Shown: positions 1 to 7,865 of the stretch, piece after piece
How the letters are laid out: each line of letters begins with the position of its first letter
How positions within the stretch are numbered: position 1 is the stretch's first letter
IMG/VR virus record: IMGVR_UViG_3300045988_010396
Location: 37,395 to 101,394 of that record
Length of the DNA: 64,000 bases
Direction: 5' to 3' (one strand)
Source: a virus
The notes under the pieces: generated by a model
Databases searched by the model: none
Told to the model about the DNA's origin: nothing
What the model saw: the letters and a program-made list of their open reading frames with translations, nothing else
Program-made: the position numbers and the translations under genes

Positions 1-43
1 GGGACTAACTCTCACCTTGCCTTTGATAACATTCCTATATGAT

Positions 44-226
44 ATGAAGAAGAACATTCTCATTGCGGTATTGGCACTAGTGGTGCTAGTACTTACAGGT
101 GTTACTCTCTACCAAAGTGAGAGACTGAGTGCTGCCAAGGCTTATATCAATGACCTTGAGGCAGACTATCCTGACTACATTGATACCACTTCTGGAGGTG
201 ATGCATACTCAGAGTGGTATAACTAA
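44..226 (+). CDS. Small membrane protein (paralog A1). The track start at 17 is TTG; the ATG at 44 gives MKKNILIAVLALVVLVLTG...
   Basis: N-terminal hydrophobic helix. The C-terminal motif AKAYINDLExDxPxYIDTTSGGDAYSxWY is shared with ORF 1882-2073. Confidence 0.5.
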   Translation: MKKNILIAVLALVVLVLTGVTLYQSERLSAAKAYINDLEADYPDYIDTTSGGDAYSEWYN

Positions 227-293
227 CTCCTTCCTTACTTTTGACATTATTAACTTTGAACCTTATGGTGCTTAGGTCAACCATTATTCAGTT

Positions 294-575
294 ATGAATC
301 TGTTTTCTAATCTTAGGGTGTATGGTGGTAAGTGGTCTGAGAAGTCATCCAGACACTTCACTCAGGAAGAGCGGGCTCTTGTAGAGAAGGCTCAGGTAGT
401 TGAGAGTCAGTATGGCTCATCATGCTGCTTCTTTATGAAGAACGGCACTACCATGTATGTTCCTATGTCTCAGGATGCTAAGTCTGAGGTAGGTGACATG
501 GTAGACCTGTCTTCTGCTGAGATTGTCACTCTGGAGAAGCAGGGTGAGCATGACATTCAGCGCATCAGAGGATAA
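294..575 (+). CDS. Hypothetical protein (paralog B1), 93 aa
   Basis: About 75% identical to ORF 953-1234 (MNLFSxLRVYGGKW...CCFFM.NGTTMYVPMS...EIVTLEKQGExDIQRIRG). Confidence 0.55.
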   Translation: MNLFSNLRVYGGKWSEKSSRHFTQEERALVEKAQVVESQYGSSCCFFMKNGTTMYVPMSQDAKSEVGDMVDLSSAEIVTLEKQGEHDIQRIRG

Positions 576-591
576 TAGTCCTCATAGTCAT

Positions 592-627
592 CAGACCTCA
601 TAGGAGAGTGGGAGTAATCCTGCTCTC
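592..627 (+). terminator. Rho-independent terminator
   Basis: Hairpin GGAGAG...CTCTCC followed by TTTATTTTT immediately after the stop of ORF 294-575. Confidence 0.55.
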
Positions 628-952
628 CTTTATTTTTGAATGAATAATAAACAACAACATATGATTAACAAGCTATTATATCATCCAGACAGTGACTAAC
701 TAGGAAACAACAACATATGATTATATAGCAGAGGCACTAACTCCTCCCTTGATACTGGCTATACTATTTATTAGCTGACAGTAGAAGTAATAGTAGTAAC
801 TAACAACAGCAAGATATGATATATTCAAGTATATCTTTAGAGCAAGGTCACTAACTCCCCCCTTGCCCTTGCCTTGCATAGCTAATGCTAATAGTAGTAG
901 CTGTGCATGTGCACAAATAACATTTATCACATAACATTTAACATTTAGCACT

Positions 953-1234
953 ATGAACTTGTTTTCTAGTCTGAGAGTGTATGGAGGCAAATGGGCTGAA
1001 AAGGCTTCCAGAAAGTTCACACAAGAAGAGCTGGCTCTTGTAACTAAGGCCCAGGTGGTGGATTCCCAGTATGGTAACTCTTGCTGTTTCTTCATGGCAA
1101 ATGGTACAACTATGTATGTACCAATGAGCACTGATGCAAAGAGTGGGGTGGGTGACATCATCAACCTCAATGAGGCAGAGATAGTTACCTTAGAGAAGCA
1201 GGGTGAAAATGACATCCAGAGAATCCGAGGATAA
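953..1234 (+). CDS. Hypothetical protein (paralog B2), 93 aa
   Basis: Paralog of 294-575; preceded by the motif TAACATTTAACATTT 6 nt upstream of the ATG. Confidence 0.55.
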   Translation: MNLFSSLRVYGGKWAEKASRKFTQEELALVTKAQVVDSQYGNSCCFFMANGTTMYVPMSTDAKSGVGDIINLNEAEIVTLEKQGENDIQRIRG

Positions 1235-1502
1235 TCTGTAGTAAAGAGTGTGTACCACACATAGTGGTGCATAACTCTTTTTACTGTCTTTGCAGCAACA
1301 ACAAAGTGGAGTGACTTATATAGTTACTCTACTTTGCTTGTCATTTTTCAAGTCAGTTATTCATTAAAAAGAGTTAAAAATGACACTAGGAGAATGGGTA
1401 GGAGTAATCCTATGTATTGCACTTGTAATAGGTGCAATATGGGATATATGTACAGGATATAGCTCCAAAAATTAACACACAATACACACAAAATTTAAGA
1501 AA

Positions 1503-1889
1503 ATGAAAAAATATGCTGTACAAAGAATTGATAATGGTCAAGTAATTGATTATGTTGATTCGCCAGAACAAGCTTCATACTGGCTACAAATGAGTAATCC
1601 AAAGTTTGAATTGGTAGCTACTAATACCTCTAGTATCATAGTTACTTATACAGAACTTGAAGGACCTAACGGATATGGACACCAAGAAGAATCTTTTGCT
1701 ACTTACGGAGGAATTGTAAGATGTATCATTAATCTATATAAATGGGCAAACCAAGAAGCTTCTGTGTGGGGGCCTAATCCAATGGATATTAAAGGCTACC
1801 TTAAAAAATGCAATGTTATAGTAAATGGGCGAGACAAGACTGAGTGGTTTTTAGCTCAAGTAGATAAATTAAAGATAATGTATGTGTAA
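1503..1889 (+). CDS. Hypothetical protein, 128 aa
   Basis: Intact ORF in tight array; overlaps the next gene by 8 nt. Confidence 0.45.
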   Translation: MKKYAVQRIDNGQVIDYVDSPEQASYWLQMSNPKFELVATNTSSIIVTYTELEGPNGYGHQEESFATYGGIVRCIINLYKWANQEASVWGPNPMDIKGYLKKCNVIVNGRDKTEWFLAQVDKLKIMYV

Positions 1890-2073
1890 GAATATAACCA
1901 TTGTAGTACTCCTACTAATAGTAGGAGTACTTATAGGTATTTGTATCTACCAAAATGATACTATCAGTAGAGCTAAGGCATATATCAATGACTTGGAGAA
2001 TGACTTCCCTGAGTATATTGATACTACCTCAGGTGGTGATGCTTATAGTGACTGGTATGAAAGAGTGAACTAA
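1882..2073 (+). CDS. Small membrane protein (paralog A2)
   Basis: Same C-terminal motif as 44-226 (RAKAYINDLENDFPEYIDTTSGGDAYSDWY); N-terminal transmembrane helix. Confidence 0.5.
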   Translation: MCKNITIVVLLLIVGVLIGICIYQNDTISRAKAYINDLENDFPEYIDTTSGGDAYSDWYERVN

Positions 2074-2713
2074 AGCACTAATATTAAGAGTAATATACCT
2101 CAAGATAGATAGGGACAAATAGGACTCACCTAAACGAAAATCCGCTGTTGAGTGAAAGATTGATGTGAAGGTCAGACAAGTAAACTCATGGAGTTGAAAG
2201 CAGCACCGAGGGACTGGGAATCGAGTAGACAAGACACAGTGCATTAGTAGAAAGGGGACTTGACAGTAAAGGTACTAAAACCTGGTAAGTGTAACGAGTT
2301 GAGGTTTCTATTAGGAGATGATACCAATGGGTGTTGAATAGCATATATTTAGTATCCCTAATAATATTATAATGTATCTATTAAACTCCGTATATCTTAA
2401 AAAGTACTGGAGGTTACTGACTTTAATAATAACAGTGCTTAAGGGGATTAGCATATATTGGTTAATGCAATAGTTATTCTATGCAAATAGGCTCAAATCC
2501 TATATCACCTACTAATAAAATAACCACAAAATATACAACAATGAAAAGAAAGAGATTAAAAGGGGCATTTGTATGTTCCGTGACAGATTCTAGGCTCACT
2601 ATAAGAGTCTGTAAAACTAAGAGGTACTTCATCATGTTCTGGGGTGAGCTTTATGAGATTAAATTCTCTGAAGTCAAGATGTATGAGGCACACAACATTA
2701 AGGTAATAGTGAG

Positions 2714-3040
2714 ATGAGAAAATATGTTGTCTATGACACCACAGGCAATCCTGTTGGTGTGTCATTCAAAACTATTAGAGAGGCTGAAGAGTATAAAGCC
2801 ATCAACAGGAGATTTGATTGGGTTGTGAAGCTGGTAGACATAAACATATGGAGGGAGAGCACTCCTAAACAAAGGAATGCTCTTACCTTCTGTGAGAAGG
2901 TCTTGGATATTCAATTTGAAGGCAACAGGCATGATTTCTATGAAGTGTCTGACTTCTTGTCTGAGTATCTGGAAGAGGCTAAACAAACAGCAATAGAATT
3001 ATCATGTATGTATTCATCTTATATGTGGAACAATGATTAA
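2714..3040 (+). CDS. Hypothetical protein, 108 aa
   Basis: ORF with coding-like composition; no recognisable motif. Confidence 0.4.
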   Translation: MRKYVVYDTTGNPVGVSFKTIREAEEYKAINRRFDWVVKLVDINIWRESTPKQRNALTFCEKVLDIQFEGNRHDFYEVSDFLSEYLEEAKQTAIELSCMYSSYMWNND

Positions 3041-3245
3041 AGTAAGTAAATGCGTGTTACTGTACGCAACAATCATATGCAGCATTCTGTTTATAACAGG
3101 TGGTGACGCAATAATGTCAGTAGGTATTAAATACTTTCTGATATTTGGGTTAGTTTGTGTTGCTCTAATTTATCTATCTTATAAATTAATATCCAAGAAG
3201 GAGTTTGATTCCTTCACGGGATTTAACATTATAGATAAATTGTAG
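3033..3245 (+). CDS. Small membrane protein, 70 aa
   Basis: Two hydrophobic helices; start overlaps the previous ORF. Confidence 0.4.
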   Translation: MIKVSKCVLLYATIICSILFITGGDAIMSVGIKYFLIFGLVCVALIYLSYKLISKKEFDSFTGFNIIDKL

Positions 3246-3319
3246 TTGTAGATTGGGCTTTTCTGGTTCGTGAGAATAGGAAAAGACTTTTATAGTAAAC
3301 AATTAAAAACAGATTAAAT

Positions 3320-3613
3320 ATGAGAATTATAGTAGTTTTTATATTTGCTTGCATTAGTCTTATAGCCAGTGCACAGCAATTCAAGCGTGAGGGTAATACC
3401 TTTGTGCAGGATACCACAAAAACTTTCAGAAAGTCTGAGGGTAAGGAGACCAAATACACCTACAAGGATAAGAATAATAAGGTATATCCTATATTCATTA
3501 CCTCTTCTGGAGCTGTGTATATAAACAAAATATCAGCAAAGACAGGTAAGGAATACAGAATGTACCTTCCCAAGGGTATCAAGGAAGCTATTGCCAAGGA
3601 GATAAAGCAATGA
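3320..3613 (+). CDS. Secreted small protein, 97 aa
   Basis: N-terminal signal peptide MRIIVVFIFACISLIASAQQ; Lys-rich mature part. Confidence 0.45.
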   Translation: MRIIVVFIFACISLIASAQQFKREGNTFVQDTTKTFRKSEGKETKYTYKDKNNKVYPIFITSSGAVYINKISAKTGKEYRMYLPKGIKEAIAKEIKQ

Positions 3614-3705
3614 TTATAACAATATTTGCTTGGCTATTTGTAATAGTTTGGGTATTAAAAATGAAAGACCAATGATAATACTTGGAATTTTAGAGATGAT
3701 ATTCT

Positions 3706-4002
3706 ATGGTTTTGGTACATTCTTGTTTTGTATCTTGCTATGGCATGTCTTTTTTAACGATAAATAAGATGTCTGAGCTTCTTGTTACAATCCTTAACAA
3801 ACTAGGTTTGGGTAAAGGATGTAGAGTATACAACATATCTAACATGAAAAGATACATGTATGATGTGTTTGGAGACTCTATAAAGGTAGATATAATATCT
3901 CCTATATCTGTCAGTCTTGAAGCAGGTAGTAATAAAATCATTATCACTTATGAGATAGTGAACAGTACGATAAAGAGTCTGACTATTAAAGAGGTGTTAT
4001 AA
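3706..4002 (+). CDS. Hypothetical protein, 98 aa
   Basis: ORF only. Confidence 0.3.
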   Translation: MVLVHSCFVSCYGMSFLTINKMSELLVTILNKLGLGKGCRVYNISNMKRYMYDVFGDSIKVDIISPISVSLEAGSNKIIITYEIVNSTIKSLTIKEVL

Positions 4003-4009
4003 ATGGCTC

Positions 4010-4095
4010 ACTCCCTTAGCTCAGTTGGTTCCGCAAGGCTTGAGAGCATCGGACTTTTAATCCGAGGGTCATGGGTTCGAGTCCCATAGGGAGTA
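4010..4095 (+). tRNA. tRNA-Lys(UUU) with a 12-nt insertion in the D-loop
   Basis: Acceptor ACTCCCT/AGGGAGT 7 bp; D-stem GCTC/GAGC; anticodon stem TCGGA/TCCGA with loop CTTTTAA; T-arm ATGGG-TTCGAGT-CCCAT. The extra CCGCAAGGCTTG lies between the D-loop GGTT and the 3' D-stem. Confidence 0.7.
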
Positions 4096-4112
4096 CTATT
4101 CATTTCATTCAA

Positions 4113-4432
4113 GGGGCTGTATTTGGTCTTGACTGGTGGCTACTTGGTATGAGGACATGCAGAGACTGATGGAGAGACATCAAAACTTTAGGTGGCAACA
4201 GAATTTCTGCACCTGTAGCTCTTGCTGCTTAAGCAATCTACTGAGTTAGTCACTGACTTGGAAACAGAATAGTGACAAGACAAGATTTCTTGCATAGATA
4301 AATGCAAGTGGTGGACTATGTTGACAATCCAGTCAACCCCAGCAGAGAACCAACTGCATAATAAAGTGGTAAGCATGTGTAATCCTTATATTGAGAGCTA
4401 TTAGGACAGGGGTTCGACTCCCCTCAGCTCCA
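4113..4432 (+). ncRNA. ssrA: tmRNA (SsrA); tag ORF ...GGNRISAPVALAA*
   Basis: 5' end GGGGCTGTATTTGGTCTTGACTGG against E. coli GGGGCTGATTCTGGATTCGACGGG. 3' end GGACAGGGGTTCGACTCCCCTCAGCTCCA against GGACGCGGGTTCAACTCCCGCCAGCTCCA. Includes the G3:U wobble alanine identity pair. Internal reading frame ggc aac aga att tct gca cct gta gct ctt gct gct taa. Confidence 0.8.
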
Positions 4433-4508
4433 GAGGCACGTTGTTAGATACTTCCACGTAGTGTGCCTTGGGTTAAAAGCTAGATTCTAACAAAAAAAAA
4501 AAGATTAT

Positions 4509-4811
4509 ATGTTAATAACAGAAAGAGCAAAAAGGAAAATAAATACTTTATTAGATAGTACTAATGATTGTATAAACTATCCTAAAACTAATAAAGATGG
4601 TTATGGGGATATTCAAGAGATTGTGGAGGGTAAAAAGCTCCACATGTTAGCTCATAGAGTATCTTATCAGTTATATACAGGAGAAGACATATCACCTGAT
4701 GATATAATATGTCATAGATGTGATAATCCTGCTTGTATTAATCCTAGACATTTGTTCAGAGGCACTCACTCAGATAATATTAAAGATAAGGTTTGTACCC
4801 ATTATTCATAA
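4509..4811 (+). CDS. HNH homing endonuclease
   Basis: Motif [14 protein letters not shown] and downstream HSDN (HNH fold). Confidence 0.7.
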   Translation: MLITERAKRKINTLLDSTNDCINYPKTNKDGYGDIQEIVEGKKLHMLAHRVSYQLYTGEDISPDDIICHRCDNPACINPRHLFRGTHSDNIKDKVCTHYS

Positions 4812-5107
4812 GCGGTCGTAGCATAATTAGCGGTGACGCGGTAGTGGAATCCAATTACGACTATATTGTTTTCAAGAACTGGTGGTCATCAGGAAGATAC
4901 TTTACATGGACTAGAAGCAATGATATGTGGTGTGTTGGATGCTTCTACGGCACGGGCAAGGAGCTAATCGCTAAAGCCTACAAGGACAGCAAGGTGAGTG
5001 GTAGAGAGTATGAGAGAATAGTCAAATATGTAGAGCGGATTAAGAGAGACAGCAAGCCATCTTTGTGGCGGAGAATACTGTTTAATCTTAGCAAGCTCTG
5101 CAAATAG
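4793..5107 (+). CDS. Hypothetical protein, 104 aa
   Basis: ORF overlapping the HNH gene end; may be its C-terminal extension in another frame. Confidence 0.3.
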   Translation: MYPLFISGRSIISGDAVVESNYDYIVFKNWWSSGRYFTWTRSNDMWCVGCFYGTGKELIAKAYKDSKVSGREYERIVKYVERIKRDSKPSLWRRILFNLSKLCK

Positions 5108-5129
5108 TATAAAATTAAACTACATCAGA

Positions 5130-5411
5130 ATGGCAAAGATTGTAAACAATGACAAGGGGTTCAAGGTAATCAGCTTGTCAACAGAGGATGCAGCATCTCT
5201 GGGCTTTGGTATAGATGGCTCAGGTACATGTATATGTATGCATTGTAATAAGGGGTGCCGTAGTGGAGACATCTATTACATTGCAGTGCTTCATGACACT
5301 ATGTGCAAGAAGTGCTATGAGAGGTGGATTAAGTCTGCTACAAGGTATGCAGAAGATATACCCATTGAAAATAGGAACTTCAACCACTATAAGGAGTGGC
5401 TGTGTCTGTGA
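5130..5411 (+). CDS. Cys-rich small protein (zinc-ribbon-like)
   Basis: CICMHCNKGC ... CKKCYERW cysteine pairs. Confidence 0.4.
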   Translation: MAKIVNNDKGFKVISLSTEDAASLGFGIDGSGTCICMHCNKGCRSGDIYYIAVLHDTMCKKCYERWIKSATRYAEDIPIENRNFNHYKEWLCL

Positions 5412-5611
5412 TTATTCTTATATTGTAGTGTACTATGTATTTCAAAGAAGATGAACCAATAAGAGTGCTTATGACAACACCTCTTCCTGACCCCTACTTA
5501 TAAGGGCAGTTATTGGTACTAAAGTTAAATTTATGTTAAAGGTAGGTCATTTGTTTGGTAATATCAAACTTTTGACTTACCTTTGCGGTGTTCAATTAAA
5601 CAACAGAGATT

Positions 5612-7035
5612 ATGTGTTCAAAAGTTAATCCTAACCTAAAGCCTGTACCTAAGTTTGAAAACACTCAACTGGCAGGTGGTTATGGTGCATTAGCTGCCAG
5701 GCAGTCCAATGTAGCATTGCTTAGAAGAGCAGTGCTGGCTAATCTCCTTTGAGAGGATGTAGCATATATGGATGGTGAGAGAGTAGCCAATGAAATACAG
5801 AGGTTAATACCTCTGTGCCCTGCTGAGGATGTATATAATATAGCTCTTGAAGCTAGGTTAATGCAGAAACTGAGGCATACTCCATTGTTTATAGCAGTGG
5901 AAATGTGCAAGTATCCTGAACATAAGTTATTTGTTAAGGACTTGCTACCAAAGATAGTTACAAGAGCTGATATGCTCACTGACTTCTTGGCTATATATAT
6001 ATATATTGGAAGGATGGCAAGCATCCTATCTGTAACCAAGCTAAGAAGGGTCTTGCTCTAGCCTTCCACAACTTCAATGAGTATAAGTTGGCTAAGTATG
6101 ACAGAGATGCTGCTATCAAGCTCAGGGATGTGATGTTCTTGGTACATGCAAAGCCTAGAAACCAGTATGAGCAGGAGTTGTTCAATAAGGTAGCTGAGAG
6201 AACTCTCACACCACCTGAGACATGGGAAGTCATGTTAAGTAGAGGTGATGACAAGAAGGCTACTTGGACTAAGCTCATTACAGAGGGTAAGATTGGAGGT
6301 CTGGCTATGTTGAGAAACATAGCTAATATGCAGAAGGCCAATGTGGATAGAAGGACTATCCAAGATGGCCTTAAGACACTGAGAAGCTCAATGCTATTAC
6401 CTCTTGACTTCTGGAAGGCTGCTAGAATGAACCCAGCATTTGAGAGAGACATTGAGGATGCTATGATAGAGGCATATAAGAACTTACCTAAACTTCCTGG
6501 CAAGACACTATTTATAGTGGATGTATCAGGTTCTATGGGTTTTTTAACCTCTGGTAGCTCTCAGTTCAACAGGATGGACCAAGCTTGTGCTATGGCTATC
6601 TTGGCAGCTAATCAGTGTGAGGACTATGAGCTTGTAGCTACAGCAGGTAATGATGATTCTAAAATAAGTGCCTCAGAGTGGATTGAATATCCAAAGAGAG
6701 GTTTTGCTCTTGCTCCACAGATAATGGATACCAGGCATAGGATTAGTGGTGGAGGTATATTCACCAGGCAGTGCCTAGAGTGGTGTAAGGATAAGTTCAA
6801 AGACAAGAAGTTTGATAGAATTATCATATTCTCAGACTCTCAAGACTGTGACTATCCTGAGAAGAGAGTACCTAAACCATTTGGTACATATAACTATATT
6901 GTAGATGTATCTGCTCATACAAGAGGAGTGAACTACAAGGGTGTATGGACTGCTGAGGTTTCAGGCTGGTCAGAACATTTCTTGACTTATATTGCAGCTC
7001 TTGAGGGATTGCAGAATAAGTTTGAGGAGCAATAA
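5612..7035 (+). pseudogene. rsr: Ro60/Rsr-like protein (TROVE domain plus vWA), interrupted by an in-frame TGA at 5750-5752 and a frameshift at the TA tract 5992-6006
   Basis: N-terminus VNPNLKPVPKFENTQLAGGYG resembles human Ro60 VNQMQPLNEKQIANSQDGY. Other TROVE matches: HTPLFIAVEMC to QEPMLFALAIC; KLRDVMFLVHAKP to KDLLRLSHLKP; GGLAMLRNIANMQKA to MPLTALLRNLGKMTA. The vWA MIDAS motif is FIVDVSGSM. The track ORF 6088 starts at TTG; homology continues upstream to the TA tract. Confidence 0.65.
5992..6006. repeat. (TA)7T dinucleotide tract inside the rsr-like gene
   Basis: tatatatatatatat. Loss of one TA unit fuses the frame-2 ORF 5768-6061 with the frame-1 ORF ending at 7035. Confidence 0.8.
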
Positions 7036-7042
7036 ATAAAAA

Positions 7043-7116
7043 GAGCCTATAAGTGAAAGTCAGAGTTACTTCAATATTGGGATATTTTGACACTCTGACA
7101 AAGTGTTCTATAGGCT
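7043..7116 (+). repeat. Free-standing copy A of the conserved AGTG...TTACTTCAA structured element (nested hairpins)
   Basis: Outer stem AGCCTATA/TATAGGCT and inner stem GTCAGAGT/ACTCTGAC around TACTTCAAT. The same core motif as the tRNA intervening sequences. Confidence 0.5.
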
Positions 7117-7187
7117 TTTAAGCTCTTCTATAGTTAGAAAGAGTTTCGAGACCCGATTGCCTTTGATGCATCTCGGGTCTTGCGATG

Positions 7188-7321
7188 GAGGAGTTAGCTC
7201 AGAGGTTAGAGCAGTTAAACAAGACACTCTACATACTGTTCTCTAGTAATAGTAGTGATTTGTAGAGATACTTCAAGCACTTTCATTGCACAGGTCATAG
7301 GTTCGAGTCCTATACTCCTCC
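7188..7321 (+). tRNA. tRNA-Glu(UUC) gene carrying a 61-nt intervening sequence (about 7216-7276) in the anticodon stem
   Basis: Acceptor GAGGAGT/ACTCCTC; D-arm GCTC-AGAGGTTA-GAGC; T-arm ATAGG-TTCGAGT-CCTAT. The anticodon loop CTTTCAT and 3' stem TGCAC get a perfect 5' stem GTGCA only if 7216-7276 is removed. Confidence 0.65.
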
Positions 7322-7385
7322 CAACTTTGTTGGATTTTGTGTGTTTTACCTCACTGGTATGTGAATATAGGTGAGGTTTTTACAA

Positions 7386-7524
7386 GGCGGAGTAGCTAAA
7401 TGGTTAAAGCAACACCCTTACAGAATTTATCTGGTAAAGCAGTAGTGGGTTGTCAGGGTTACTTCAAGGTTATAGCATTAGTTTTGGGTGCTAAAGAATG
7501 TAAGTTCGAGTCTTACCTCCGCCA
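7386..7524 (+). tRNA. tRNA-Pro(UGG) gene carrying a 66-nt intervening sequence (7407-7472 or 7412-7477) in the D-arm or at the 26/27 junction
   Basis: Acceptor GGCGGAG/CTCCGCC; D-stem GCT(A); intact anticodon arm TTAGT-TTTGGGT-GCTAA at 7478-7494; T-arm GTAAG-TTCGAGT-CTTAC. Confidence 0.65.
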
Positions 7525-7733
7525 CTTATTTACCTACCTCACCTAGCATAGTTATACAGGATAAGACCCATTATGATGGAGCACCGATGAAACTATCCTA
7601 GCCACGCTGGTATTGCTATTCAGTGAGTGAGAAAATGAATAGCCTCGAAGCATAGTGGAGATAACGTCAAGGAGTACCATCCTTAGCAGCTATGTAAAAT
7701 TGGTTGACAATCTGGAAAGACAGATAATAAAAT

Positions 7734-7861
7734 GGGGGAGTAGCTAAATTGGTTACTATACTCTTGCTGTTATTCTCTGGAAGCAGTAGTGTTAGCAAAG
7801 AGTTACTTCAAGCATTCATCTGGTAAATGAAAGTATATTGGTTCGAGTCCAATCTCCCCCG
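7734..7861 (+). tRNA. tRNA-Thr(GGU) gene carrying a 56-nt intervening sequence (about 7755-7810) in the D-loop before the 3' D-stem
   Basis: Acceptor GGGGGAG/CTCCCCC. The D-stem 5' GCTA and D-loop AATTGGTT are separated from the 3' D-stem AGC(A) by the insert. Anticodon arm TTCAT-CTGGTAA-ATGAA; T-arm ATTGG-TTCGAGT-CCAAT. Confidence 0.65.
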
Positions 7862-7865
7862 CAAA

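Noticed and set aside
721-1272. Antisense or shadow ORFs. Examples: 721-1272(-), 5680-6039(-), 5991-6503(-), 14029-14939(-), 19687-19959(-), 25047-25553(-), 53910-54320(+), 57248-57869(+), 61687-61941(+), 63187-63492(+)
   Set aside because: They lie opposite or within clearly homologous genes, have low-complexity translations and no motifs. They are treated as non-coding frame artefacts.
5750-5752. The in-frame TGA in the rsr-like gene as evidence for an alternative genetic code (TGA read as Trp or Gly), as in some gut phages
   Set aside because: Every other long ORF in the window, including three of 1372-2215 aa, is TGA-free under the standard code. A global recoding is therefore unlikely. 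A nonsense lesion, local read-through or a sequencing error is more plausible.
7151-7180. Hairpin AGACCCGA...TCGGGTCT after the rsr-like gene as a rho-independent terminator
   Set aside because: The 8-bp stem has a 14-nt loop and no downstream U-tract. It may be an RNA processing site or part of the first tRNA leader instead.
7216-7810. Group I or group II introns, or archaeal BHB introns, as the nature of the tRNA intervening sequences
   Set aside because: Inserts of 56-66 nt are far below group I or II sizes. A BHB splicing endonuclease is not expected in a bacterial host, and the tmRNA indicates a bacterial host. No bulge-helix-bulge could be confirmed by eye.
7188-7861. Reading the three ~130-nt elements as YrlA-type Y RNAs (tRNA mimics lacking an anticodon arm) bound by the adjacent Ro60-like protein
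   Set aside because: Each element contains a complete, correctly placed anticodon stem-loop (UUC, UGG, GGU) once the conserved insert is removed. They are better explained as insert-bearing tRNA genes. A functional link to Ro60 remains possible but is not required.
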